Notes under the pieces: model-generated
Seen by the model: only the letters and a program-made list of their open reading frames with translations
Database searches by the model: none
Told to the model about the DNA's origin: nothing
Assembly: GCA_013239625.1 (NCBI GenBank)
Contig: MU054323.1
Location: 2,778,161 to 2,842,160, forward strand
Length of the DNA stretch: 64,000 bases
Origin: Lama guanicoe
Taxonomy: Eukaryota
Reading direction: 5' to 3'
Made by a program: the position numbers and the translations under genes
Part shown: positions 24,480-37,889 of the stretch, one piece after another
Layout: the number at the start of each line of letters is the position of its first letter
How positions within the stretch are numbered: the stretch's first letter is position 1

Positions 24480-27106
24480 AAGTCAAGTAGGTACTTATCT
24501 TCATTCCCCACTGCAACATCATTAAAGTAAAGCACTATAAAAGATATGAACCTCAAATGACAAAGAGAGGATTACAGCAGGCAAGAGATGCTCAACGAAA
24601 TTTAGGAAACACAAAACAGATAAACAAGTGGTAACTAAGATCTAACTACCAGTAAAGGGACTGTGGAGCCAAAGAGATACAACTAATTCACCCAGCGCAA
24701 CTCTGGAAAGGCACAGTGGTGGGCGGGTGTCAGGTACATCTGTAAAGGCCAGGGTGTGGGCTGAGCCTGAAAACAGGAGGACTGGTTGGGCTAATATAAG
24801 AAGTAGACCCCAGAACCTTCCCTCAGCCCATGCAACCAACCATCTGCCTTTCCTCCACCCAGGCACAAAAAACAATTTTACTCTCTGGAGGGGCTTTGGA
24901 CTTGAGGACCCCAGGCCCAGTTGAAGTCAGTGGCGAGGCACCAAAAGAGAAAGAGGGAAATGTTAAGTAAGCAACTGCACGAGGAATGGTGAAACCCATC
25001 ATCTTTCCCTGCTCAGTAGCCAGAACACCAGAAGCCAGAGTACTCTCCAGGTTGGGGGGTGTTGGGGAGGGGGCAAAGAATTCCTTTCCAGGGAGACTAA
25101 TCAGCCCCAAGAGAAGAGACATTGACTTATCTTGGAAACCCAATGAAAAGCCAGGTCTTTGCCCAACAATCCCAAGGCAAAGCCCACAGATTTACGAACA
25201 CTCCTCTCCTCACCCCATCACAGCTACCACACACAGCTTCAAGTCAGTGTCTTCAGGGTCTCAGTTTAAAAAATGAATCTCTGTGCCACTTACTTGCACT
25301 AAGTTTCTAACATTAGCCTTAATAAAAAAATAAAAAGAAAAGAGTAACTCAGAAGAAGCAGAAGCAATGGAAGAATCAGGAAACATTTTTAAAGAATGAG
25401 TATTTTTAGATATAAGAAAAGATATTAAGAGATATCAAATCTACATAGAAAAGAATAAGTGCTATTAAAAGAATAGTGAGCAAGAAAACTCCTAGACACT
25501 AAAAATATTATAGCGCTTAAAATTAGCATTTAAAAATCCAATAGCTGATTAAATTGAAGGAAATCTGGAAAGTATAACAAAAAAAGAGATAGATGGAAAG
25601 GGAAAACAATACATTAGAAAATGAAAAGATAAATTCATGAAAACTGGCATTCAACTGATGAGATAACCTGAAGGAATGATCAGAGAAAGAAATTATTAAA
25701 AAAAATTATAAGAAAATGTTTTTGAGCCAAAGGATATGGCTTTCTAGATCAAAAGGGAATACTGCATACCCAGCATGTTAAATTAAAAAGAAGACCCATC
25801 AAGACTTATCTTCATGAAATTTGGGATAAAGAGAGGCTCCTAAAAGTTTCCAGAGAGAAAAATCACACAGAGAATTTTTCTCATGAGAAGAATTAGGAAT
25901 ATAAAGAATTGCTTCATACTTTTCAAAAAGTTGTATTGGGAGCCAGTTGATAATAAATGCCTTAAAATTCTAACAGAAAACTGTATCCCATCTGGAAACC
26001 TATACCCAAACTACAATCAAATATGAAAGTAGAATAAAGATATTTTCAGACCTGCTAGCTCTTCCAAACTTCTTCTATCCTGTATTTTTCTTAGGAAGCC
26101 TGTGGAAGATATGGTCCCCTCCCCACCCCACCCCCAACTTGGAGGGCTAAACTAAGAAAGAAGACACGAGGTCCAGGAAAGCAGGGATCCAACTAAGGAG
26201 ACAGATGAAGGACATTCCCAGGATGACGATCAAGACACCTGCTAGGATACCGGGATACATCAGCTCCAGAGCATCAACAATCTTGACTGGCAGAGCGGAC
26301 AGGACAGATGGCTCTAGGAGGAATAAGTCTAAGGAAAAAAAAAACAAAACCTGAAAGATTGCCTGAAGTCTCTTTCTGTTCATCTTGAGGAGTACTGTAT
26401 AGCTTCGTTAGAAAGGCTGGGGAAGAATTAGTTACACAGTTAACAATATGAAACAAAGGAAGGAATTATTGACTACAAATAGTTGTAGAGAAAGATAACG
26501 AGTAAGAGTGTATCGCGTGGCTCATCTTTGAGTAATATTTACATAATTATATAATGCTCGACACTGAATATTGATTTGAGTGAAAATGCCGTAACTACAA
26601 AGAGGGATGGGGAGATGAGATGTGTGTGTGTGTTTGGGGCAGGGGCAGAAGGGTAGGATGAAGAGAATGAAATCCTCATCTCCCACAGAAACAACAGTAA
26701 GGAATGCAAGTGGCTACTTCTGGAGAATAAAATTCAGGGATGGAAGAGGGAGGAACAAGGAACTGCTGTTTTGTCCAGCAAGGTTTATGATGCCATTTGA
26801 CTTTTGCATTTCAGAGAAGCGGTAGTGTGGTGTGGTGCTCACGAGCCCAGACCTGGGTTTGGATTTCAGCTCTGACACTTGCTGGCTGTGTGACCTTGGA
26901 AAAGATACGTAACCTTTCTGTGCCTCGATGTCCCCCTTCAAACAGGAATAATAATAATAATGCTTACCTCGTGTTCTTGGAAGGCTCGAGTCAGTTAATA
27001 AATTAAAGCACTTAGCAAAGTAGTACCTGGTGTTTTCAATTATTTGCTATTATTATTATTACTAAATTATGTACATATATTATTTTTTAATTAAAATAGA
27101 AAAAAG
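24480..27106 (+). mobile_element. HAL1-like (ORF1-only) L1-related element, interrupted by MIR
   Basis: ORF1-like A-rich body, then cttaggaagcctgtggaagat and ggatccaactaaggagacagatgaaggacattcccaggatgac; no ORF2 follows. Confidence 0.65.
26815..27062 (+). mobile_element. MIR SINE
   Basis: cagacctgggtttggatttcagctctgacacttgctggctgtgtgaccttgg; (tat)n tail. Confidence 0.85.
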
Positions 27107-27929
27107 TCAAGGGGTATGCAATTACACCTTAAGCTCTACTTCTGAAGACTGTCCTTTCTTCATAGATAGTAACAGTCAGCATTTTATATTCCATTTTGCC
27201 CTAAATGTACCAATTTCTGTCCCTTCTTTCCCCTACAGAAAACATCAATGAACCCCGGAACTAGTGAGAGCGCTTGGGCATCAGCCCTCCTCTCCACGCC
27301 CCTGAACATGTGTCTAGGGTGAGGTCTACACCGTCACTTAAGCCCTCCCTCGGGCTTAAGTATCAGTCCAGAATGCACCCAGCTTGACTCAGCATGAGCT
27401 TCTCAAGGCAACAAGTTGTAAATCATCCTTGATCACTGTGGTTATCGGAAAAGACTTGCTGCCCTGCCAGGGTCCCAGACAGAGCTCTCTGTGTTTCGAA
27501 AGTGAATGAAAGAAGCACAGAGACATATTCTAGGAATCAACACTTCACTAGCTCTTTGAAGGCAAACCGTCCCCTCTTCTCTGCCCGGTGCCTTCTCCCG
27601 ACCGTCACCCTGTGATGCTCAGGAGCAAAAGCCAGAAGGCTGCTGCTTTGCTCCCCAGCACTTCTCTGTCCTATTCAGCTGTAGCCTGGCCTCAACTTGG
27701 CACCCACACGGGAGTGGAAACCACGGTGACCTGTGACCTTGATGTGACCGCTCCCACCGCCCCACATCGCACATGCTGTAGTGGACCAGATTGCTTTCCT
27801 TACAGAATGCGGTGAATGAGTCTGCTCACAGCTCTGACATCTGCTCACCCTGAGACCTGGCACAAGTGTTGTCAGTTCTCCAGGACTCCATCTGCTCCAC
27901 TGTAAAATCTCAGTCAGACTGACTGGAGG

Positions 27930-28065
27930 ATTCACGCCCTCATTTCACCCAGGGTGGGTAAGATCTGAGGAAGTGAACAAACCTGGACAGGATAACACAC
28001 TGAACTAGAACAGAGGCTTGAACCCCAGTCTACCGAGCCCGGGACATTGCTCTTTCCATGGTGCC
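27930..28065 (-). mobile_element. MIR fragment
   Basis: ctcatttcac...gaagtgaacaaacctggacagg...cttgaaccccagtct. Confidence 0.5.
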
Positions 28066-29329
28066 TGATCACTTCCAGCCGTCTAAATGATCACCTCCCA
28101 GTCACAGACTCTCGCATGTGAATCCCCAGAACACCATCCAGAAATCCACACAGAGTCAGCATCATTCTTTCACAGTATGGTAATTCCCACCTAAGGCTTT
28201 AGCTCTAGATTTTTATCTTACCAAGAAATTCCCAACTAAAATAACAAATGGAAGGTTAAAAGCTCCAAATCAGTTTAAATGACCCTTTACTTGCAATACA
28301 GTCAAATCAGCGTATCTGACAGCAAGTCCTGGTTCAAAGTCAAAGACTCACCCTGCTGTAGATCAGTGATAACGGAGCCTCGCGGGAAGGGAGCTGCTTC
28401 TGAACGAGTCGCTGAGATGAGCCAACTGCTCCCTTCCCTCCCCCCTCCCCTGCTCACACCCACCCAAAGGCCAGTTTCTCCCAAGCTGTTTGGCAACTCT
28501 GTTGAAAACAGCTTAAGGTCCAGGAGCGGATTGGGAACAGCTAACACCCCAGCAATCGCTTTCCTTTTCCTTGAGCCCAGACTTCAGTGGGCGTACAATG
28601 TGGCATTTTGCTTCTGACTTCAACCATTTCCCCAGCAATTCAGCACGAGAGAAATAAGACCTTGCACCAGCTCAGCAGCAGCCCACCCCCAGGTTCCCTG
28701 GCTCCCTGGCCTGGACTTGGTGATCCAGGCTGTCCCCCTGGACCTAAGAAGCAGGCCACCACAGGTTACCTGTAGGGCAGTGCATGAAGTTTATTATACA
28801 TTGCTCTCTTCCCTTTAAGCCAAAGAAACAGATGGGCCTCCAACCCTGCTGAAAGCAGCCTGGAAAATTGACAAGGATGGACAAGTCATTTTACTTTTGA
28901 GCTGTTTATGGCAGTTTGGGGAAATTAACATAATTTATTTTGGCATCTATGTCATTGCTAGAGATGAGGCGTCTAGAACACAAGTTAAGGAGGCATTGGG
29001 ACATATCCTTTTTCATCCTCTGGTTCCCCCCTGGTTTTCTGGCCTAGCCTCCCCAACTCGTCCCCCACTTGACTGACAAGTGATATAGAACACGTCTCTG
29101 AACAGATCATGTCCTTACACAACTATCCAGGGCCCCTGGGGATCTTCAGCATGAAGTCCCCATGTAGTGGCGTGGACCTTCAGATGGCCTCACCAGCTTC
29201 TTCCTTGCCCCGAGACCCCCATCCTCTGCTTCAGCCATGCAAAGCCAGGAACAACCCAGGAACAACTCTCTCACCTCTGAATTGTCAAACATGCATTTCC
29301 CTGTTCTCAGAAAACCTCTTCCCCTTTTC

Positions 29330-29850
29330 AGATAGCCAGCATCCCAGCAGAAACACCACCTCCTTCAGAAAATCCTCCTAAGCTCCTCCTCCAAACCCTG
29401 AGCACTGAATGTCCCTCCATGGAAGACTCACTGGCTTCTTACAGTGACCTCTATCAATATACATTTTTAATTAAAAAATGTTTTAATTGAAGTATAGTTG
29501 ATTAACAATGTTGCGTTAATTTCTGATACACAGCATAGTGATTCGGTTGTACATACAGATATTCCTTTTCACATTCCTTTTCATTATAGGCTATTACGAG
29601 GTATTGAATATAGTTCCCCGTGCTACACATTTTTTTTAAAACCTGTCTCTAAGGGTAGTTTGTGAGCACTTGATCAGGAGCAGTGACTTCCTTCTCTGAG
29701 TCCCTGCAGCCAGGACCTAGGGAATAGAATGCATTCAAGGACTCAACATGTTCAGTTGATTCAGTGATTCTTAAGGGCAGGAAATATGCTATATTCCTTT
29801 TTTCCATCCTCCAGGTAACAGATGCTCAAAAGTGGTTAGTGAATGAAAGA
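29330..29850 (+). mobile_element. L2 3' end fragments (host of L1 tail copy B)
   Basis: cacctccttcagaaaatcctcct; gatgctcaaaagtggttagtgaatgaaa. Confidence 0.55.
29469..29626 (-). mobile_element. Short L1 3'-tail insertion (copy B) with short TSD
   Basis: ttgaagtatagttgattaacaatgttg...tagttccccgtgctac; TSD acattttt at 29461-29468 and 29627-29634. Confidence 0.85.
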
Positions 29851-31329
29851 AAAATTTAAAAGCTGTATTTCCCCAACTTACAGAATGTGTACTTTGTCCT
29901 CAGACATAGGCACGTCTGAAGGTCAATGATGTCAATCTGGGGTTTTGTCCTTAAGTAGTTCCTCATGCCCTGCAGTCCTCAGGCAGCATCTGCTGCTCGT
30001 GCTCCCACCCCCCTGGCCTAAGGCACTGCTGTCTCCTGCTCCATTTCCTCCTTCAGGCTGTGAAACACCGCCCTGCAGGCTTCCTCTGCACCAGGTGCCA
30101 GAGAGCGTGAGTGGGTCTGGCTCCACCTTCTTGCTCCAGGTGCTGGAGCCCCCCACCCGCACCCCCGGGACTTCCAGATAGGAGCCACGGAAACGCTCGC
30201 TGCTGTTTCCAGCTGGATCCTGCACCTGTGACCCACGGACGGTGTCGGCCTCTGGAGGCCCTGCCGGTTTTGCACACAGTTCTGTGAAAATGGGTCCTCG
30301 TTGCTGTCTAATCAAGGTAGCCCCAGTGGTGAGGGCTAGCAAACGAGGTCTGATGGCGGGGGTTAGGGAGAGTTGTTCCTTCACTTTCTTATTCCACCCT
30401 AGAACGTCCGCTCTGTAATAGACGGGACAGGCTGGCACTCCTAAAAGCTTGTTGATCTGAGCCTGAGGTTTCCCCCAAATTATCAATAATCACAGAGATT
30501 GACACATTGTAATTGACTGTACTTGAATTTAAAAAAAAAAAAAAGCTGTGAACTTTAGCCAGGATGTGATATGGCCTCCAAATCTCACACCAGCCATTTC
30601 CGAGGAAGTCTGTTTTTGTCAAGGGGCCACCAGTACACCTGATAGACACTCTCTGGCAAGTTCGTGAATTGCTACAACATAAAAAGGCAGGCCCGGTTTG
30701 AATTACTGGGCCTCAATTCCTCGGTGGGGTTCTGGTCACACTCACTACGCAAACCATCTGGAGCCTCACTCTGGCACTTTGTTATTTACTCGCAGTCCCA
30801 GGTGGACTTGGAGCCCATAATTCACCAATGTCCGCCCCTCTTCTCTATGGACAGCCTCATACCTCATCTCAGCAGTCGCTCCCTCGCCATCCATCAGCCA
30901 TTTCAATTTGGGAATCACTTGCCAAAGTGGATGTTTGTCTTTGGGGCTTATCATTATAAATTAATGTTTTAAATTTGGGGACTAGTCCGCCATTTTGCAG
31001 AGCGTTTTGCCTTGTTTTCTCTTAATCTTACATGTCTCAAATCTATAAAGGGCCCACTCATTCCTCCCTTTACTAGGAATTCTGGTAACCACTGGACCAT
31101 ATGCTCCAACCCCTTTTATTTCCCTAAGAAGTCATCACCAAACCAACCAACACTGGAAAACTCCCACCAGCTCAAGGTCCTCAGTGAGAAAAACCACTGC
31201 TCATCAGTTGCGACTAAGCATGCTACTGAATCTCCCTGTGTCTCAGTTTATCAGAGGACAAGGCATGAAGGAGTTTAGCCATAAAACATGCACTGGGCAA
31301 TGCTGAGCTGTAGCAAAGAAAGGACCCTC

Positions 31330-32200
31330 TGGGTACATAAAAATCGAAAGAGAGGGAGAGGTCTGATGTGTCAGAGAATTGGAGAATTATAAGGAATCTG
31401 CTTGTGGCTGAAACCTAGGGAACACGTGGAGCAGAAAAAGGTGAAACTAAAGAGGCACAGAAGACTCAGATGCCCAGAGCCCTTGAATACCAAGTAAAAG
31501 AAGGTTGGATATTTTTTCAAAGTAATAGGAGTCATCAAAGGTTTTAAGAAGGGGAGTCATGTGTTTAGGTCATGTTTTTAGAGATCTCATTGTCAGAACT
31601 GTGGAGGTTGGACTGAAGAGATGCAGAAACAAAGGGAAAGAATCCAGTGAGGGGACCGTAGCAGTAGGGCAGGTAGGAACAGATGGACGCCTGAACTAAG
31701 GCAGCAAAGTGGAGACAGGAGACAATAGATGAAGAGATCTTTAAAGCCATCACGGGGAGTGAGGGTACAAATGACTTGAGTAAAATCTCAAGTTTCTGGC
31801 TTGGACAACTAGATAAATGACAATGCCATTCACTGAGGGAGGAAAGAGACGGAGTTTTTCAAGGAGGCGAATGAGAAAAAGGAATTTCATTTGGGGATAG
31901 TCAGTGAGTGCCTGTGGGACACTCAGAAGAGTTTCCAGTAGGCAGGAGGATTTTCAGGGAAAAGGAGAGTCATTGGTGTACACAGTGTGTGAAAACTGAA
32001 GACGCAGGGAAGGGAAGGTCATCCAGGGAGCAAGGGTAGTATGAGCAGACAGGAGGGTCGGCCATGAGACCCTGGGGACGCACTAACCAAAGGAGGACAG
32101 AGCTTCAAGGAGAGAGTGGTCCACTGAGTCAGCTATGCCACCGGAAGTGGAGTCCCACAGAGCAGAACTGGAAAGAAGAGGGACAGCACAAACGGGCCGT
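31330..32200 (-). mobile_element. L2 LINE fragment
   Basis: ggagtcatcaaaggttttaagaagggga, caagtttctggcttggacaact, tgccattcactgag. Confidence 0.75.
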
Positions 32201-32294
32201 GAACGTGGTGTTACTGCAGGAGGCTCCACTGTGGAAGGACAGGGATGGGGCCAGAGGGCATTAATTGGTTGTTGGGTGGGTTATTGTTCTATGT

Positions 32295-33065
32295 TTAATA
32301 ATCTTTTTGCCTTGGAATAATTTTAGATTCACAGAGAAGTTGCGGAAATAGTCCAGTTCCCCACAACGTTAACAGCTTACAGTGCCATGGCCCATTCCTC
32401 AAAACTCAGAAACCAATCTTGGAATATTACTACTAGCTAACTTCCAGAATTTATTTGGATTTCATCAGCTTTTCCCCTAATGTCCTTTTTCTTTCTTTCT
32501 TTTCTTTTAACATTTTTTTCATTGAGTTATAGTCATTTTACAATGTCGTGTCAAATTCCAGTGTAGAGCACAATTTTTCAGTTATACATGAACGTACATA
32601 CATTCATTGTCACATTCTCTTTTGCTGTGAGCCACCACAAGATCCTGTATGTATTTTCCTGTGCTAATGTCCTTTTCCAATCCCAAGACTCAATCCAGGA
32701 TATCACATTGCATTTAGTTGCCGTATCTCCTCCAATATCTTATGATCAGTCTTTCTTTTCTTTTTTTTTTTTTAATGACCTTGACATTGTTAAGGAGTAG
32801 GCTACGTCGCCTGTAGAATGTCTCTCAATGTGAGTTTTTCTCACCCTTAGACTGGGGTTATGGGCTTGGGGAAATAACACCACAGAGGTAACCTCATCGC
32901 CGTATCAGGGGGCACGTGAGACCCATGTGACAACACTGATGACAGTAACTTTGACCACCTGGTTAACGTAGTGTCTGCCAGGCTTCTCCACTGTGACATT
33001 TCTCTTTTCCCCTGCCCGGCTCTGTTCTTTGGGAGGGGCTGACTAAGCCCAGCCCACACTGGGGG
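32295..33065 (-). mobile_element. L1MC-type 3' UTR (host of L1 tail copy C)
   Basis: ggaataattttagattcacagagaagttgc; ccaggatatcacattgcatttagttg; cacctggttaacgtagtgtctgccaggcttctccactgt. Confidence 0.8.
32490..32663 (-). mobile_element. Short young L1 3'-tail insertion (copy C) with perfect 13-bp TSD
   Basis: Closely similar to UTR 712-870; TSD ctaatgtcctttt at 32477-32489 and 32664-32676. Confidence 0.92.
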
Positions 33066-35443
33066 GTGAGGGCAGGGGTGTAGGACAGGAATGAAGCCTC
33101 ATCTCTTGTTATCATTTTAAAGTGAGAAAGATCTTCCCATGTCAGCCTCTAATCCTCCTTATTGTCTCCTTTATCTTAAAACTACATTTCAAGTCGATAG
33201 CACACAACAGAGCACTTAACCCTAGGAGATTTTATTTTGTCCACCTGTTATTTCACGTGTGTCACTTCAGGGGAAACAGCTCAGCATCTAGTCTGGGACT
33301 CACACTGCGCTTCTCCCTTTCCTCAACTCATTCAGTTCCTCTGTCCTGTCATTGTCACCTGATGAACATCGCTTTACTTCAGCCACAGGTGGGAATGACA
33401 AACCTCTGTGAGATCAGCTGACTCCTAAGTTCCCTGTCTTTTCCTCCAGGTAGAAGTCCATCCTCGTCCCTGACTCCTCGTATATACAGAGGGGCAGTGA
33501 AGGAAACAAAACTTTGTACCACTGCCAGATTCTCGTGTGTTCAACAGGTACATGAAGGCACGGTGCAGGGCGTGGGCCTACGTACTTCTTCCTCCACTGC
33601 TCTTCAAACTTTGGGCTCAGAAGTCTCTGTTTTGGCTTAAAAGCTTAGAACTCAGCCTGAAGAAATGGCTTACAATAAGCCCCATTCCTGGCATTTTTGA
33701 CAGCAACTCCCCAGGAATATTTATTCAAACAAGAACACTCTCTCTCCCTCATGACTCTGCTTGTAGGATGGGTCTAGTCTCAGGAAAGGACAAGCAAGAG
33801 ATCTGGGTTCCAGGATCTGTTGCGCCATGAACTTCCTCCAGGAACCAAAGTGGACCATTCTGACCTCCACACCTTGAGTCGGGGGCTGGTAAAATGAAGA
33901 GGTCAGGCTGCTGAGAACTGACTCAGTTCAACTCCGGCTGCTTTATAAAGTATCTACCACTTGTCTCGTTTCTGGGGCTTCTCTGTCACGTAGAACATGC
34001 GTCCGGCTTTGGGAATGTTATGTGGGAAGCCATATCTCAGAAGAGTCACATGGAAAAGGAATTAAAACAGCACAGGTCAAATTCCAGCTTGGTGAGTTGT
34101 GTGAGATAAATGTAGGGGAGCCCAGTGGAAAGAAGGGGCTCCTATGCTCTCCAGAGACAGTACATGCTTCTTCCCAGGGGGCTGGAGGCTTGGCAGCCCT
34201 CAGCTGCCTCCAGCCCCATCCTATCAAGTGGGGTTAGCCTGCTGCTGAGCTCACATGACAGATGGCTCTTTGGGTCTCCAGAGTGTTCTCCAGCCATCAC
34301 TGGGTTGTCAACTGCAAACAAAAGCCATTCATTGCCCTCAGCTCCTCTCCTGAATTCTTCCCAGCTTCATAACCTCCAAAGTACAAGATACGCCATAACC
34401 GTCTCAGGGTTCCCCTCTCCCTGCCTAGCCACGGGAACCATGTTTTTCTGGAACTTAAACAATCAAGGCACATAACCTGACAAAGAATATTTTTGCCATT
34501 CCTGACTGTAAAGACAGCCTAGGAAATGTGGTTTTGGTACTAAAATATTATAATTTCTACATTACTTCAATGGTCTTCTAACATCTTTTCCAGGAGTCAC
34601 CAAACAGAACTGAAATCACGGCCACCTTACAAAGTTTGGGTACGAAACTGCCCTACACATCTCTCTCTCTTCTCCCCTTTCCTTTTACTGTTTCAGGTCA
34701 CTGCTGCAAGGAACTAACATGCCATTCAGGTGAGATGTGAAAAGAGGAGTGAGGGAACCACCTGGACAAACTTACTTGCAGGTAGAGAAAACCTGCAGCA
34801 CAGTGGGATTAAAGGAGTGTGGGACAGCCCCTCAAACCCCAGTGCTCTTTCGGCTGGTACTTAAAATCCAACCAGCAGAAATTCATAACTTTGACTCAAA
34901 TTTTTTATCCATGATTAAATAAAATCCCCAAGAGCATCCAGACTCAATGATTGTTCAGTTTTCAATACTGACATCTGTAGGAGAAGGGTTTGCTGTCAGG
35001 AGGGAGATGGTTGGAAGGTGGCAAATCATCGTGTGTCTGAAATTAGAGTGGGAACAGGACCCTTGCTCGCTGCCTGCTTCATGTTCTTTAAGAAATGGCC
35101 AGCTGCTCCCTCGTGTAGTCTTGGAAGGTAAGATCCTCTGGTGCCCCGTGATCCCACACAGAAAGCAAGAGACACCAGGGGAACATGGCCAGTGTCATGG
35201 TGGCAGCATCCTAGTCCAGCGCAGAGGGAGTAACTGGGCACCTCCACCGTGATTCAAAAGAGCCTGCCCTGGGAATCCAGGCACCTGAGTTCCAAACTTG
35301 AACTTTCCACTGTAAAATTGGGAGGCAGGTAGCATAATCTCCAGCATCTTGCCCGGCTTGAAGGGTCTATGGTGACTTTGGATTAAGCAGCTATTTCTCC
35401 AGACTGACAGGAGCTGGGTTACCTGCCCGTATCACTGGCAGGA

Positions 35444-35635
35444 CAGTCGTTTTCCAACTCAGCTTCTCACAGCCCCAGAGGGTCCACCAGGCCTCTCTCG
35501 GGCTTCTGAGTGTCTTTGAGCTGAGCCAGGTGGGGAATCCAGACTCCCCCACAAATTCAATTTGAGCAGCTCCACTTTTATCTGCTTCATTTATTGGTCT
35601 CCCTGTAGGTCTTAAAATGTGTTTGAGAACCACTG
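35444..35635. mobile_element. hAT-Charlie MITE (MER103C-like)
   Basis: TIR-like cagtcgttttccaac / gtttgagaaccactg; internal gagcagctccacttttatctg. Confidence 0.6.
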
Positions 35636-36953
35636 TAGGGCAAGTTCTAGTCTGTAGTGTTATTTCCAGCCTGAACCCAAGTTCCAGTTTCTTTACATGA
35701 CATGCAAATAAATCTCTGCTTCTGCCTCCCAGCAGAAGAGGGAGGACAGAAGCAGCCCATTGGTCTTCAAGACACACTGTCGTCTGTCACATCAGGGTGC
35801 CTCCAGGCGGTCTTAAATCCTGAAAAACACGAGAGCAGTCATTTCACGTCTCAAGACCCCGCTGATGAGAGAGGCCTCATTACCACGCGTGCACAGTAGC
35901 TCGTATTTCCCGTGGACTAACTGGCCTGTTTTCATTCCTTTTAAATACCCAAAGGCATCCAACCTACATGAGGAGCTGAAGGCCTACAAACCGTGGTCGT
36001 AAAAACTGTTTGCACACCACGCAAGTGCTAAAGAGCACCTGAAACCACTTTGCTTCTATTTGCTCTGCCCCCTAATACGCACACTGGTATATTACTGTTT
36101 CTTTTGCATTCCCCCGGGTTTGGATATTATACACCCAAGTTTTAGTTCAAATTGAGTTTTCACAGCTGGATTATAAACCAATGGAAATGTTGACCCAGCA
36201 CCAACTGTATCATTCCAAACAGGTGTTGTTTTAATTAGCCTTATCGTAAAAGAAAAATTAAAAATTAAAGGAAAACATTTTAATGTACCTGAAGAGTTTC
36301 TTAAGGTCTTAAAGGGAGCGGGCGAATTGTTGGAGACTTTTAAGCCTTATCTTCTTTTCTCAGAGACTCTCTTAAAACTTCAGCAACACTTCTGAAACGG
36401 CAATAATAGCTCCATGTCTTAAGAGGAGAAAGAGGGCTGGCTGCCCTGGCATGTTTGCCAGTGAAGGAGAAGATTTTTAAGTGATGGGAGAGAAGCCTCC
36501 AAAATCCATTCACCTACATCTTACATGCCCACATCTCAGGCAGGAAGAAGCCAAAAGGCTGGACTTGGGATGTCACTCCTGACCTTAAAGGGGACTGCCA
36601 TTATCCTCCATGCAAAGACAAAGGAGTTTTGTGTGATTTCAATTCAGTGCAGAAAACATATCTACTGTGAACTTACTGGAGAGGTGGAAGGGAAGCTGCA
36701 AAAATCCTACCCTGGAGGAGTATTCAGGCTCACTGTGCATGAAACCATTTAGAGAACAAATTAAAATTGGATGTGAATTAGCTTAGGTGTGGTGACATTT
36801 TAGCAAGACCACACAACTTCCTTTGGCCTCGGGAAGTTTAGGATGACCTCCCAGAGAAAGAAGAGTGAGAGACTGGCGTCGGAGACTGAATATGGAGAGA
36901 GAGGCCAGTGGAGCATCTCAAGCCGGGGAAGATGCATTACTAAAAGGATAGAG

Positions 36954-37130
36954 CAGTGCTTCTCCAGTTTGAGTGTACACCAGTCACTTGGCTGGTTAAG
37001 ACTGATTACTGTGCCCCCAGGGATGCTAATTTAGTGGCTCTGGGATGAGGATCCAAGAATTTTCATCTCTAACAGGTTCCCAATTGATGCACATGATACT
37101 GGTCCATGGACCACTCTTTGAGAACCACTG
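36954..37130 (-). mobile_element. MER5A-family MITE
   Basis: TIRs cagtgcttctc / tttgagaaccactg; both flanks end in tagag. Confidence 0.8.
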
Positions 37131-37889
37131 ATGTAGAGAAAGGACTGTGCATGGCTGTTAGTGGACCAGTGTAGGCGCTGACTTAGCTGTAGTAGAGGAT
37201 TTGCACAAGAGTGAAGAAAGGTGATTTTTTTGATGGTGTGAAAGAGATCACTTTTTAAGCTAGAAAAAAATTACTCATTCTCAATTTGTTAAATTTGTTT
37301 TTACTCTCATTCTGGTCTTATCTATCAATGGGTCAGTGACTACCTCTTTCTCCTATCTTCCAGTGATCTGGTAACTACTTTTAGGTTAACAGTAACGAGT
37401 CTAGTTCTTATCTATCTCTCTATCTGTCTGTCTATCTATATCTCCAAGCTCATACACATGTATTCCCACAAAGCCAGTGATGTACTTAGCACACTGTGTA
37501 AGTCTTCTGTCCACAGAAGATTATTCAAAAGAAGTCTTAGCTCCTCTTATATATTCTTACTTGGTACATAGCTCTATGCCAACAATTATCACTATTATAA
37601 TTATTTACGTATGTGTTCATTCATTTTCCTTTTCAGATAATGCACTCTGTGAATCCACTCTTACATCTCCAGTGTTTGAATAAAAAAATGAATCAACGTA
37701 TTATGTGCCCTGAGAATTCTCAACTGTACTTGGCTATGAATGTGCAGAGATTTCATAATGAATGAAACATAAACCCACATAAAATCTTGCATAATCATCT
37801 ATATCATCTTTTTAGCCTGATTATTTGTTTGAAGGATGAGACTACGTGCTTTGTTTCAAGACAGAACGAGCTCAAAAGGGAACCAAGGT

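Noticed and set aside
29932..30486. Longest non-L1 ORF (184 aa, minus strand) and overlapping ORFs
   Set aside because: No recognisable domain, non-ATG start, and several frames are open at once because the region is GC-rich
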